Source: Chrysemys picta bellii
Taxonomy: Eukaryota
Length of the DNA: 64,000 bases
Direction: 5' to 3'
Assembly (NCBI RefSeq): GCF_011386835.1
Contig: NC_088797.1
Location: 32,612,001-32,676,000 of the forward strand
Position numbers and translations under genes: made by a program. The notes under the pieces are model-generated. The model had not been told where the DNA came from. It made no database searches and worked only from the letters and a program-made list of their open reading frames with translations. Numbering within the stretch: the first letter of the stretch is position 1; every line of letters starts with the position of its first letter. Of this stretch, positions 48,060-59,580 are shown piece by piece.

Positions 48060-48230
48060 AATCCTGAGCCCGCCCTCCCCCACATCAGCAGCCCGCCCCC
48101 CAGCAGCAGCGACTGCCGCCTGGGAGCGTGGATTTGTCGAACAGCCACTACGCATGCGCAAGCAATGTAGCCGCCTCCCCACCCATACATTTACTACGCA
48201 CACGGGCCGGACCTCCTTTCCCCGCCCCAG
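48060..48230 (-). promoter_or_regulatory. SNX15 CpG promoter
   Basis: CpG-rich region directly upstream of the ATG, with an NRF1-like TGCGCATGCGTA at 48160-48149. Confidence 0.55.
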
Positions 48231-48424
48231 CCCAGGGAGCGTGTGTCAAGTGCAAGGCTGCAGGCGAGCTGAAGAGTCAAGGGCTCCTCTGGAATGTGCC
48301 CACATGTTTGAGGCAGGGTAAGCGGGGAGTTGAGCTTGGAATGGGGAAAGGAGTACAGAGGGGAAAACTGGCAGGGACAAAGGGGTAATTGGGACAGAGC
48401 TGGGGTAAAGGAAGCAGGTTACAG

Positions 48425-48821
48425 CAGTGGTTCTTAACCAGGGGTATGAATAGCCCTGGGAGTATGCCGAGGTCTTCCACCAGGTACATCAACTCATCTA
48501 GTTATTTGCCTAGTTTTACAACAGGCTACACAAAAAGCACTAGCAAAGTCAGCACAAACCAAAATTTCATACAATGACTTGTTTATACTGCTCTATATAG
48601 TATACACTGAAATGTAACGACAATATTTATATTCCAATTGATTTATTTTGGAATTATATGGTACAAATGAGAGTGATCAATTTCTCAGTAACTGTGCTGG
48701 GACACTTGTACTTTTGTCTGATTTTGTAGGCAAGTAGTTAAGTGAAGTGAAACTTGGGGTACACAAGACAAATCAGACTCCTAAAAGGGGCAAAGTTGTC
48801 TGGAAAGGTTGAGAGCCACTG
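48425..48821. mobile_element. hAT (Charlie-type) MITE, 397 bp
   Basis: TIRs CAGTGGTTCTTAACC / GGTTGAGAGCCACTG (13/15 match), identical 8-bp TSD GGTTACAG at 48417-48424 and 48822-48829, AT-rich interior. Confidence 0.92.
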
Positions 48822-49880
48822 GGTTACAGGGTAAGGTATAAAGGGTCCAATGTTATCCGATAGAAGGTGGAAGGTAAAGGGGCAGGGCCAGGGGAGGCTA
48901 TTTGATAAGGGAGGTAAATAGAGAATGGAGAGAAAAATGGTGTCACCCTTCTAATGCTGATGGGCTTTTACAAGCAGGGCAAAGAGCTAGGAATAAGGTT
49001 TGAAATTCTGATGCTCCTGGAACCTCAATCCCCATGTCCCATTCCAACCCCAGCCAGGCTGCTCCAGCCCTCGCAGTTCAACGTTGGGGGGCATCTTTGA
49101 GGTACATCCTTAAAGTCGAGGTCTTGCCATCACTGTATGGACACAGCTGACCAGAGGGCATGTCTGCAGCAGCCCAGGGGTTCCCACTGCCTCAGGGATC
49201 TTGGCCAAAACAGCACCTCTCATGGCTCTGCTATCCCTTCTCCATCCCAGAGGTTGCTGCAGCACAATGAGGGTGAATGGAGAGTTTGCAGAGCAAATTG
49301 AGATTAAATGCACTGGAGAGGTGAATTATTAAACTGTATTTGACAGAGATTAACTTTCTCAATCACTAAAATGCATCTGCCTCTGGGGTGGGGCACAAGA
49401 GCTGTTTCTACAGGGATCCCTCACCCAGTGTTGAGATGTAGCCCCCTCTGAGGTGGGGAGCAGGGACTTTTTACTCAATGATCCCTTGCTTGGCTCGGAG
49501 ATGCAGCCACCACTGACTGGGACAGAGGGGGCTGTTTAATAGCTCATAGTAACAGTTAAGAACAGGAAGTGAATCTCTCTCTGCTTAAAACCACAGCAGG
49601 TTCAGGATAGAGTGGGAGGGTGAGGGAGATCCTTGCAGAACACCACCCTTCCCAGCCTCTTGAGTGTCCCTGCCCCCATCTGCAACTCAGCTGAGACAGG
49701 AAAAAAAATATACGGGCATCACTAAGCCCATGTGAGAAACAGATACTGTAACTGGGCATCTAGAGCCACCCTAGGGGTAGTCCATCTCTCAGGGGAAGCT
49801 GGCACGATAAGCCAAAACCACAAGGCAAATCCACGCAGGGTCAAGGAATCCAGGCACAGCCAGGGACATAGGCCACTGAT

Positions 49881-49886
49881 TTTATT
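49881..49886 (-). terminator. Polyadenylation signal of ARL2
   Basis: AATAAA on the minus strand ~500 nt after the stop codon. Confidence 0.55.
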
Positions 49887-50381
49887 AGCACAGGAGATGA
49901 AAAATGTGAGTGAATGTTTGATACAGAGGTGGGGTTGTTTGATTGGCGGTTTTTTTTTGGGGGGGGGGGCGCATTCCTCTCTACCAGTTCCACTCATACA
50001 CACAGTTCAACAGGCCTTATGCTCCAGTGATGGGGCCTCAGCCCCCACCCCCGTGACTATAAATGACCTGGTCCCTCTGCTTCCCCAGCTTCCCCCATCA
50101 TTTGGGTCCAATTGATTGCCAGCATTAGAGGCTCAAATCTTGAAACGCATGCACGAGACCTGGGCCAGGGGCACTAAGCCATGCGTCATTCCAGGGGGCA
50201 GCTGGGATCTAGGCTGCATCCAAGGGGAGTTGCTGTCCCGGTAACTGACTGTTGGAGGAAAGCATGATGGGAGAGTCCATGGAAACAACAGCCACATGGT
50301 CCTGGGAACTCTGTTCAAAGCTTGGATGCAGCCCCACTCCTGCAGCCCCCCACAAAGGAGGGGGCCACATCTGGGGCATGG

Positions 50382-53265
50382 TCAGTCCGCGGTGAAGATC
50401 CGGCTGGAAATATCATCCAGGAGCCAGTCGATCCCTGTCAGCAGGTTCTCCCCAGTGAAGGCACTACAGGCCTGGATGCACCAATGGTGGCTTTTGATGC
50501 TGTCTAGTTCCAAGGCCTGAAGGGAAGGGAAGACGATGCTGAGTTACCTGAGTGTGCTAAGACCAAACCTGTCCTCAGCCCACATCTCCCAGCACTAGCA
50601 CACCCTCCTGTCCCTGCCCTGGGGAGGGAAGGATTAGCCCCTTACTCTCAACCTGGTAAAACTGAGGTACAGAGAGGGGAAAGATCATACAGTGAGTCAG
50701 TGATAAACTGGAGACAAGTCAGGAGTCCTGGCTGCCATTCATCTGGTGTAAATCTTCTACTCCCATCCCCTTCCAGAGCTGGGAACAGAAGAGCTGACTC
50801 CCAGTCCCTGCCCCCCGTCCTCCAACCAACAGACCCCACTCCCCTCAGTCAATATCCCTGGTTTGCTTCAGGCCAGTGGCTCTCACCTCCCGGATGGCAT
50901 TGGAGGACAGCGCTCCCGGCAGGTCCTGTTTGTTGGCGAAGATGAGCAGGGTAGCTCCGGCCAGGCGCTGTGGGGAATGAAGCACAAGGTGAGTTGCATG
51001 ACCCTGTTGTCTTGGTCCCCCATGCCCATTAGCCCTTCAAGCACCCTCCCACCCAGCCAGGCCTACCTCCTCCTCCTCCTCTGTCCCAGACAGGGGTCTG
51101 TTTCTCAGTCCTGGGGGACCTGGCAGCAAGGGGGTTTGGGTCCTCTCTGCAGCAGAGGCAGGTGCTGCCTCCAGCAGGTCAACACCAAACTAGGCCCCTC
51201 AGGGATCCCAACCCAAATTCCAGCTACCTCCAGCCTAGTTCAGCCAGAAGTTGTCCCACCTACTCACAGTATACAGCCCACTCCCCCATGCCCAAAAGAT
51301 ACACTGCCTCTCCCAAGACATTTGATACAACCCATCCCATACATATCACTTTTCCTGGCAGAATACAGGATACACAGCCCCCCCACCCTCCAAAAGAATT
51401 GGTACAGCTCCCCCCCCACCCCCGATATAGACCCTCCCTGCCCCCCAGATAGATGAAGTTCACACCTCTTCCACCAGGAGGCTCTGCAACTCCTGTTTGC
51501 AGACCTGCAGGCGCTGCTGGTCAGCGCTGTCCACCACCCAGATGAGACCATCCGTGCTCTCAAAGTAGTTGCGCCAGTAGGAGCGCAGGGATGTCTGTCC
51601 GCCCACGTCCCAAATGTTCAGCTTGAACCTGAGCAGTAGAAAAAGACACAGTGTGGAGGTAAAGGGGCAGTCAGGCAAGATCCCAGCATGCACTGGGAAA
51701 CAGGCATCCTGGAGCAAGGAGGGGATGATCCCACTGCATCTGGCTCTGGGGAGACCAAACCTTCTTGGCTCCAAATCCCTTAAGAGTGACATAAAGTGAG
51801 CAAGGCGCTGAGCTGAGGGTGGGGGGCAGGGGATCTGTCAATAAAGCCTCATCTTGCTTTGGCTAAGTGACACCTGGGAGGGCGGAAGAACCACCCCCAT
51901 GATCTGAAGGGGGTTAAGCTCAAGGGGGAGCAGGAACTGTTAGGGGAATGAGGTGAGGGATCTGTACAGAACTTGGAGTAAAGAATCAGGGTTACTGAGA
52001 TCTATTAGGCAGGGGAATCAGCTCTCCAAGGGCACACTATAGAATCACAGAAATATAGGGCTGGAAAAGACCTTGAGAAGTCATCAAGTCCATTCCACTG
52101 AACTGTGGCAGGACCAAGCAAACCTAGACCATGATATTCAATTTGTGAGCCACTGAAACCCCAAGATCCTTTCCCACAGAGCTACCACCTATGGCTAAGG
52201 GGGTTTGAAACCAGGGCTGAGCAGAGGCTGAGGATTTGCAGTGTGGGGAGGGGTGGATAATCCTGCCCTGGGGCGCGGTGTGGGGGGGGAAATCAGACTT
52301 TGGAGGGACAATCCTCTCCAGGGGATGTATGGGCTGGGCAGGTTTTGGGGCCTGTGGATAGATCAGACACTCCGCTGGGCGCTCACCCCCGGTGCTCCAG
52401 GGTTTTGATGTTGAAGCCCAGTGTGGGCGAGATGGTGTCGATATCCTCCCCGTTGAACTTCTTCAGGATGGTGGTTTTGCCAGCATTGTCTAGGCCACTG
52501 TGGGAGGCAGGTCAAGGAGATGGCAGCTCAGAACATGGAAAGCCACATGAGAGAGAGTGTGTGTGTGTGGGGGGGGAGATGTTGGTGTCACAGCTGGATG
52601 GTGGATCAGCCCATAAAAAGGAAACTCCCAGTTGGGACCAGCGCAGCCCCTTCCTCTTCCATCAGCCACTCACAGCGCTTGGTGCAACCCTATTTACCCC
52701 TCTATTCACTGGATACAGCCCCCCAGGACAGTTGGTCCCCCTCACCCCCATAATATAGCACTCCTCCAGGACACTTGGTAGAGCCCAGATCTCATACCCA
52801 CAAGATACATCCCTTCCCCCAAACCCCCTGGTACAGCCCAAACCCACAGGATACACCCCCTCCCCCCAGAACTGTTGGTACAGCTGAGACCCACAGGATA
52901 CACCCCCTCCCCCCAGCACCCCGGTACAGCCCAGACCCACAGGATACACCCCCTCCCCCCAGCACCCCGGTACAGCCCAGACCCACAGGATACACCTCCC
53001 CCCAGCACCCCGGTACAGCCCAGACCCACAGGATACCCCCCAGAACTGTTGGTACAGCCCAAACCCCAGACACACAGGATACATCCCCCCCCCCCCCCAA
53101 AATCCTTGGTACTGCCGTCAGCTCCCGCATATAAAAGATAGAAGCCCCTTTATCACGCGATACTTGGTACCGCCCATCCTCTCCCCCTGCAAAAGGATAC
53201 AGCATAAGAAGCCGCAGCTCCCGCTCCTTCTGTCGCATCTTCTTCAGAATAGTCAACAGCCCCAT
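50382..53265 (-). CDS. ARL2: ADP-ribosylation factor-like GTPase 2, 5 exons, 184 aa
   Basis: Exons 53265-53201, 52497-52387, 51628-51466, 50967-50887 and 50516-50382 (555 nt). [31 protein letters not shown]...WDVGGQ...NKQD...[11 protein letters not shown]. Confidence 0.98.
52038..52135 (-). mobile_element. CR1 LINE 3' end fragment
   Basis: atagaatcacagaaatatagggctggaaaagaccttgagaagtcatcaagtcca is the reverse complement of a typical CR1 tail. Confidence 0.7.
52498..53200 (-). other. U12-type GT-AG intron 1 of ARL2
   Basis: 5' site GTATCCTTTT at 53200-53191; branch point TCCTTGAC at 52518-52511, 13 nt before the end of the CAG acceptor. Confidence 0.9.
52770..53100. repeat. ~47-bp minisatellite in ARL2 intron 1, about 7 copies
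   Basis: Unit cccacaggatacaccccctccccccagcaccccggtacagcccaga, with a second variant cagaactgttggtacagc. Confidence 0.9.
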
Positions 53266-53269
53266 CACC

Positions 53270-53400
53270 AGCAGTCCAGCCGCCTCTTCAGCCCCGCCCG
53301 GTACCAGCTTCCCACGGACCAGCGCCCATTGGGTCCCGTCGCCGCCAATCATCAGAGCGTTGATCTCCATTGGGTGCACTCACTACAAGGTCCACCCCCT
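53270..53400 (-). promoter_or_regulatory. ARL2 CpG promoter/5' UTR
   Basis: CpG-rich, with CCAAT boxes in both orientations (53345-53349, 53369-53373). Confidence 0.5.
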
Positions 53401-56400
53401 TACCGAAAACCAAAGAGGACGGATCCTACCGCCAGGAGAAATCCCTCACAGCGCTAGATTTTCCCACATCGCCACCTAGGCGACAGGGGTGAAATTACAG
53501 ATCCCACACCCAGGAATCACAGAGGGGGAACGCCGTCGGCTAGAAGAATCCTTAAAAGGAACCCACAGCGTCACCTGGGGATGGAGACTGGTATTACAGC
53601 CCCTCAAAGAGATTAATTTACAAGTTAGATGGAGAAGACTAGCCAAACCCGAAATGGGACAGCTGGGTGGGACCCCATCTAAGCCAGGTGACCAGCCAAG
53701 CCCAAGGGAAAGCAAGCTGCCCCCACAAGCCAGGGGAAAATTAGCCACCGTGGGGGCAAAGAGTCACTGGCCCCACCCTAGATGGGGTAGGGGGATTCGC
53801 CCAGCAGCAGTGCATTCCAACAGCCAAGCTGGCTACTACTGGCCCTGACCCCACCAGCTAGACTCCTGCCATCCCTGCTGGTGGCACGAATCCCAGTGCA
53901 GAAGGGAAGTTGCACTGGTGTCCATGTCTGAGCCTAGTTTGTGTCATCACAGGTCTCTGAATCTTCTTCTGCTGCTAGGGATAGCGCTAAGAGCAAATAG
54001 GCCATCCTTATCAAGGCCAGAGCACCAGATCCCTTGAGAGGGTAATGGCACCTCTGCTTTCACTGCTATTAACTCCTCCCAAGACACTGGGGATCACCCT
54101 TCCTCAACAGCTCAGAGCTTCTATGTGCATTAGATTGGGGGCAAGGACCCTTGTGGGGGTGCTTATTCTGCAAAGCACCCCTTTCTTGCATAGCTAGTGG
54201 ATGATGTACTATGTTTACACATCTCACTGTCTACCTGTACTGAAAGGAGAGGGTGCTGCAACAGCCGCAGAGCACCTAGCTGGTGCTATGCAATGAGTAC
54301 AAATGCCTCTGCATCCCAGGGCTGGAAGGAGGTGCTGCAGCACAACCAGGCAGCTATTCAAGGTGGTGAGCATAGAGAAACACAGCAGCATCACAAATGA
54401 CGTGTAGCAGGGAAATTTGCAGCCGTTCTTCACTTCAGTGGTTATGGCTGCCACCTCCGAGCCTCCCTCATCCACAGGAGCCAGGCTGGAGAAACTAATT
54501 GAGCTATTTGATCAGTGTGAAAATTGGTGCCCTCTCCATTCTGTGACGGAATTTCATACTGGCACGTGATAGTGGAGTACGAGCTCTGAAGAGTGAAGTC
54601 CCCTCTACCTCAGCAAAAGAGCAAACGTCCTCCCCTGTACCTACATGGGGTCCAACTCTCAGGAGTTAGAGACGAACCAGCCCTTCAACCCTCCACAGGA
54701 GCGAGTAGCCAGAGAGGGGAAGTGACCTGTTTTTCACAAGTGCAGAGCAGCCCCCCACTTGTATGAAGTACAGGAGCTGGAGGTTCTCAGCACCACTGGC
54801 ACGGATATAGGATTGAGAGACGGAATGCCAGTCAATGGAAAGTTTAAAAAAAAAAAAAGACACTTTAAGTAGATTAAACAATGTTCTAGGAAATAGTACC
54901 TAGGAGGGCACTGACTTTATTAATCACTATTAATCATTTGGGAGAAGCTTTTTCTCTTTAGTCAGCTCGGCAGTGCCTTTTCTTTGTTGGCTTCAGAGTT
55001 GGTTCCAGTACAACTGTCAGCTGGGGGAGGTTAATGGACAGATATACGACAAGCCCTACTGTGGGCAGTTATAGTGGTAGAAAGGTGACTTAGACTGCAA
55101 TAGCTTATTCCCCTTCCTGTAGGGGAATAGCTCAGCACCTTCATATCCTGATCACGATGTCCAGCCGGAGGGGTGGGGTGTTGTACTGCTTTAACTAGAC
55201 CAAGCCCAGTCCTCTTTTCTCCAGTTTATTGGAAGCCGACCCAATCCTGGGTCCCACAAGCTTCTAACCTCCCTGGGTTCTAGTCCCTGTATCTGGGTCT
55301 GTAGGGTGGTCGCCCAGGTGCAGACCTCTTGTCTGAGCCCTTTGGTAGGTTGTGGGGCACTGCACCCCGGCCACCCTAGGCCCCCAAAACAGTGCCGCAG
55401 CTATCCCAAACCACCCAGCTGCTTACACCCCCCCCACACTCCACCTGGCTGCAGGGGCCTCTGGCTTCTAGTTTAAAGGGCAACATGAAAGGAACACCGA
55501 TTTAGCAAAGGGAGTTCTTAGCCACAGACACACGCAAACAAGCACTGAAGAGTTACAACTCTTTGCAAAGCAACAGGTCACAGATATGCCACCCCTAAGT
55601 CAGATCTCCCCACTCTGAGAGTCTGAGGTGTACTCAGAGTTTCAGGCTAGACCCTGTCCAAGGCCCAATCCTCCCAGGTATTTAGCTTCCTTCCCTTACT
55701 TTCAATGCAAGTTAGGAGCTGAAATACCTTTGAGGATCTGGGCCTAAGGCCCCTTTTTACCCTGCTTTAGCGGTGTAATTTACACCCACTACATGGTTCC
55801 ATTACTAGATGGGGGCAAAGGAGCCATGGTGTGAGAATCTGGCTGTAGCAGTTTGATGTGAGAACACCTCTTCCCCGGACTGGTTTTATTCCACCAGGGC
55901 TATCCTGTCTTCTCCCCTAAACAGTACATACGTCTCAGCTCAGTGCTGGGAAGGTGTCCTGCTGCCGGGCTCTATTAAGGAGCTGGAGGTCCACTGAAGA
56001 CAAAATGAGGAGTAGGGAAGGTAATTAGAGGAAGATCCCCATCCTACGACCATGCCCATAGCCTGGGATGTGCTCCATGTTTCCAGGGGAAGGAAGCAAA
56101 GGCTACTGGAAGAAGTGGAAGGCAGAGGCAGTCTAGCTATAGAAGTAGCCTTTCCCATTACATAGGATTCCCCTTCTCCTTGCTCCGGGGTAGGTGGCCC
56201 TGTAACACCAGCTGTTCTGTACTTCTGACCATCTAAGGTACTTATCTGGTCCTCATTAAGAGAGCCTGTGTGGCCTAGGGGATCATGCACTGGACTAAGA
56301 CTCAGGAGAGTGAGGCTCTGCCACTGACCTGCTGGGTGACCTTGGGCAAGTCACATTTCCCCTCTGTGTTTCAGAGTCCCCCTGAATGGGGGTCACGATT

Positions 56401-59049
56401 CTGACCTGATTTGTAAAGTGCTCTGAGATCTGCTGGTAAGAGACAAGGATTGCCATCATCTGGGCGCCTTGAAGCCTCAACTCTTTTTCTCCCTCCCCAT
56501 CATGAGGCAGTGCCGAGCTATTATCCCCATTGTACAGAAGGTGAAAACCGAGACTGAGTGGCCTGCCCAAGGTCACGCCAGAAGTCTGTGGTAGAGCTGG
56601 GAATTAAACCCAGGTCTCCCAAGCACCCTCACCACTGGGCCATTGTCACACCACAGAAGCAGCTCTGTGGACAGAGAAGAGAGGGAGGTGAGGGATGGCA
56701 CCTCCTGCAGCATGAAATCAGCTGGGAGGAAGATTTCAGGGTCTGTGACTGCTCAAAGAGGAGCCCATTAGCAAAGCCAGTAGGCCCTCTTCAGTGACAG
56801 GAAGGGAACCACAGACCGAGGCAGACACAAAATAATCAGCCGCCAGCCCAAATGCTGCTTAAACAAGGATGTTTATTAGTCCCAAACCTTGCCTCTACAG
56901 CCCCTACCCTTGTGATGCTGTACTAGGTGCCACCCATCAATCCCAGAGCCCTATGCCAGGGCAGCACATTTCACTCAAGCGCAGTTTGGACCTCGGATAA
57001 GGGCTGGAGCCAGGTAACCAATGGTCACTGATACAGCAGAAGCCAACTGCTCTCAGAGATGCTAGGGTTCTGCAGAGGGGGCTGCCCCTAGTGCTGACAA
57101 GAGTTCCAATGCAAAATGTCACGGCAACTTAGCACCAGCTGCACAGAATTAGCAGGCAATCCAGTTCTGGGTCCACACACAGCTCTGCTGATTCCCCTCA
57201 ATCCTGGCCCGCAGCCCTCATACTATCCCAGGCTGGGCTCTGCTTCACACCCTCCACCCCCACCCCCCAGCTCTGCCAATGTTCCTTAATCCCAACCCAC
57301 AGCTGTCCAGCTATCCCAACCCAACTCCCCCACTACACAGTTCTGTCAAGGTCCCTCTCAATCCTGACCCACAGTCCCCTGGCTTCCTCTTCCAACTCTG
57401 CTGATCCTCCTCAATACCCACCCCTGCTACGCCACCCCCAGACTCCTCTCACACACAGCAGCCAATGGCCCCCAATTATGTCCTCTAGCAACACCCTCCA
57501 CCTCCACTAGTTCATTCCTGGGCTTCTCCTGAGCTGACACTGCCAATCTAGCCCGCTTGTGGGGTGGTTTAGTCCACTGGGGAGCCGCAAAACAAACACA
57601 ACCCATCTCATGTAGCTCCTGTGGTCAAGTTTAACCCAGATCTCTGAATGAGAGCGGCTTATAGTTACTGCTGCTCAGAGCCCCCTAGGAAAGTAATGTA
57701 TTCCACTGTTCCAACCCACAAAGCACCGAGCCCTAGGCTTCTACCCCTGCCCTTGGCCTCACACACACACCTACCAACCTCAGGAGCAGCTTCACCATGC
57801 TCATCCAATGCAGAGGAGCCTGCAGTCCCCGCACTCCATCCTTCTCTGCTGGAGCCAATTGCAATTAACAGGGAGTCGAGACTATTGCTGGAGGTACCCG
57901 GTGGTACAGATGCCTCCGTTCTCATCCCACATACGAGCTCTGCTGGCCCCATCTCTGTTGCGGGACCCCCCACGTCAGGGGGCAGGGATCAAGGAGGGAA
58001 GCTGTGGAAGGTGTGGTGTCGGTCAAGGCCCCGGGTTAGACAAGGAAGCAAGGTGACTCCCACCCAGAAGCAGCGGTTCAGAGATCTTTCTGAGGCAGAG
58101 AAGAGGCCCAGCCAAATCTGCATTGCCTTGGTACAGAGCGAAGATGCAAAGCTGCCCTCACCAGTCACACCCAAACCAAAGGCTGCAGGACGAATCATAT
58201 CACCCAGGAGGAAATGGGGACAACCTGGGTCTTTACACCAGAGAATTCCCTCCTGTCCCAACACCCCTAGATGGAGAAAGCTGCCCATGATGCAAACCAA
58301 GCCAGCCCTACAAGCCGGCATCCCGCCCACCAGGGGATGAGTTCTCAACACCTTGAAAGATCAATCCCACCCCAAGCACCAATCATGATCGCAGGGAAAG
58401 ACCTCTCCCAGCTCCTAGCTCCATGCAGCTCTCCCCAGCCAGAGGGCAGAGCGGGGCCAAGGCCGTTTGCTTCCCTGTCGCCCGTTACCCAGCAGCCAGG
58501 AGGTGTGGAGAATCTCACCGAGCAGGGAGCCTTCCGACAGCATCCAGAGCACTGTGGCGGGGACGGAGCTCGCTGCTTTCGCAGAACAAGGGATGGTGGA
58601 GTTGGGCTGGGAGGGAGAGAGAGAGAGACAGAGAGAAGGCCCAATCCGCTCTGCTCTAGGAGAGAGTAAGAAGAGAAGAGAATTTCAGCTGGAGGCTCCC
58701 CAGCTCCAGGCTTCCTTTCAGTCCTCGTCGCAACCAGGCCACTCCACACACGGCTCACTTTGTGGGTGGGCTGTTGTGCCAAAGGGCTGGGTTTACCTCA
58801 GTCTGCCCCTTCCTGTTCGGGTTGATGAGGAAGAGGAGAGCGCACACATTTTGATGCAGTAGCGCCAAGGAATTGAAGCTGGGAACTGTCGGCTGCCCTA
58901 GATCTGTATGTTCACCTTAGAGCACATTCACCCTGTATTCAGCCTGGGCTCCTGGCACTAGTAGGGCCACCTAACCAGAGCCAAGGGCCTGTATTTCTTC
59001 AGGCAGGCAACCCTAATGTTACATAACTTAGAAGATGAAGAATGATCTT

Positions 59050-59230
59050 AAGGCTCAAGTGCTGGACCAGGAGTCAGGAGACCTGGGTTTGAGTCCCTGC
59101 TCTGCCAGTCTGCCTGTGTGAACTTGGCCAAGTCACTTAGTTGCTTTGTGCCTCAGTTTCCCCATCTGTAAAATGGGGAGAACAGTGCTGCCCTGCCTCA
59201 CAGAGGTATTGGGAAGTTAAATCTATTCAA
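59050..59230 (+). mobile_element. MIR/CORE-type SINE
   Basis: ggagtcaggagacctgggtttgagtccc...gccaagtcactt...gtgcctcagtttccccatctgtaaaatgggga; similar copies at ~43605-43790 and ~56285-56630. Confidence 0.8.
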
Positions 59231-59269
59231 AACCGAGGCACTCACATACTGCGGAAATGATTCACTGCT

Positions 59270-59580
59270 TTTAAGACCAAAAGGGCCCATTCTGATCATC
59301 TATGCTCACCTCCTGCATACTACAGGTCAGAGAATCCCTTTTCCTGCATCACGCCTGTAATTTGTGTGAGCTACAGCGCAGGTTTAGGAAAGACAGCCAG
59401 TCTTGACTTAAAGACTCCAAGCGATGGAGAATCCACAATGTCCCTAGGTCCACTGGCTAATTCCTCTTGGGGTTAAAAATTTGCCTTATTTCCAGTCTGA
59501 ATTTGGCTTGCTTCAACGTCCACCGATTGGCTCTTGTTCTGCCTTTGTCTGTGAGATTAAAGACTGCTCTACTCTCAAAT
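59270..59580 (-). mobile_element. CR1 LINE 3' fragment
   Basis: gacttaaagactccaagcgatggagaatccac...aaaatttgccttatttccagtctgaatttg resembles CR1 3' sequence in reverse orientation. Confidence 0.6.

Noticed and set aside
52792-53379. 195-aa minus-strand ORF containing the ARL2 N-terminus
   Set aside because: It is read-through of exon 1 into the U12 intron and minisatellite; only 53265-53201 is coding.
53465-53485. CCTAGGTGGCG near the ARL2 promoter as a CTCF site
   Set aside because: The 5' half of the core mismatches the consensus at two key positions.
54200-54560. Peptide NLQPF resembling MAJIN, a recalled neighbour in human
   Set aside because: A five-residue match flanked by stop codons with no other MAJIN similarity; likely chance or an old transposon relic.
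57648-58862. Several 80-230 aa ORFs on both strands
   Set aside because: No domain similarity, Ser/Pro-rich composition expected of GC-rich DNA, and no consistent coding exon chain.
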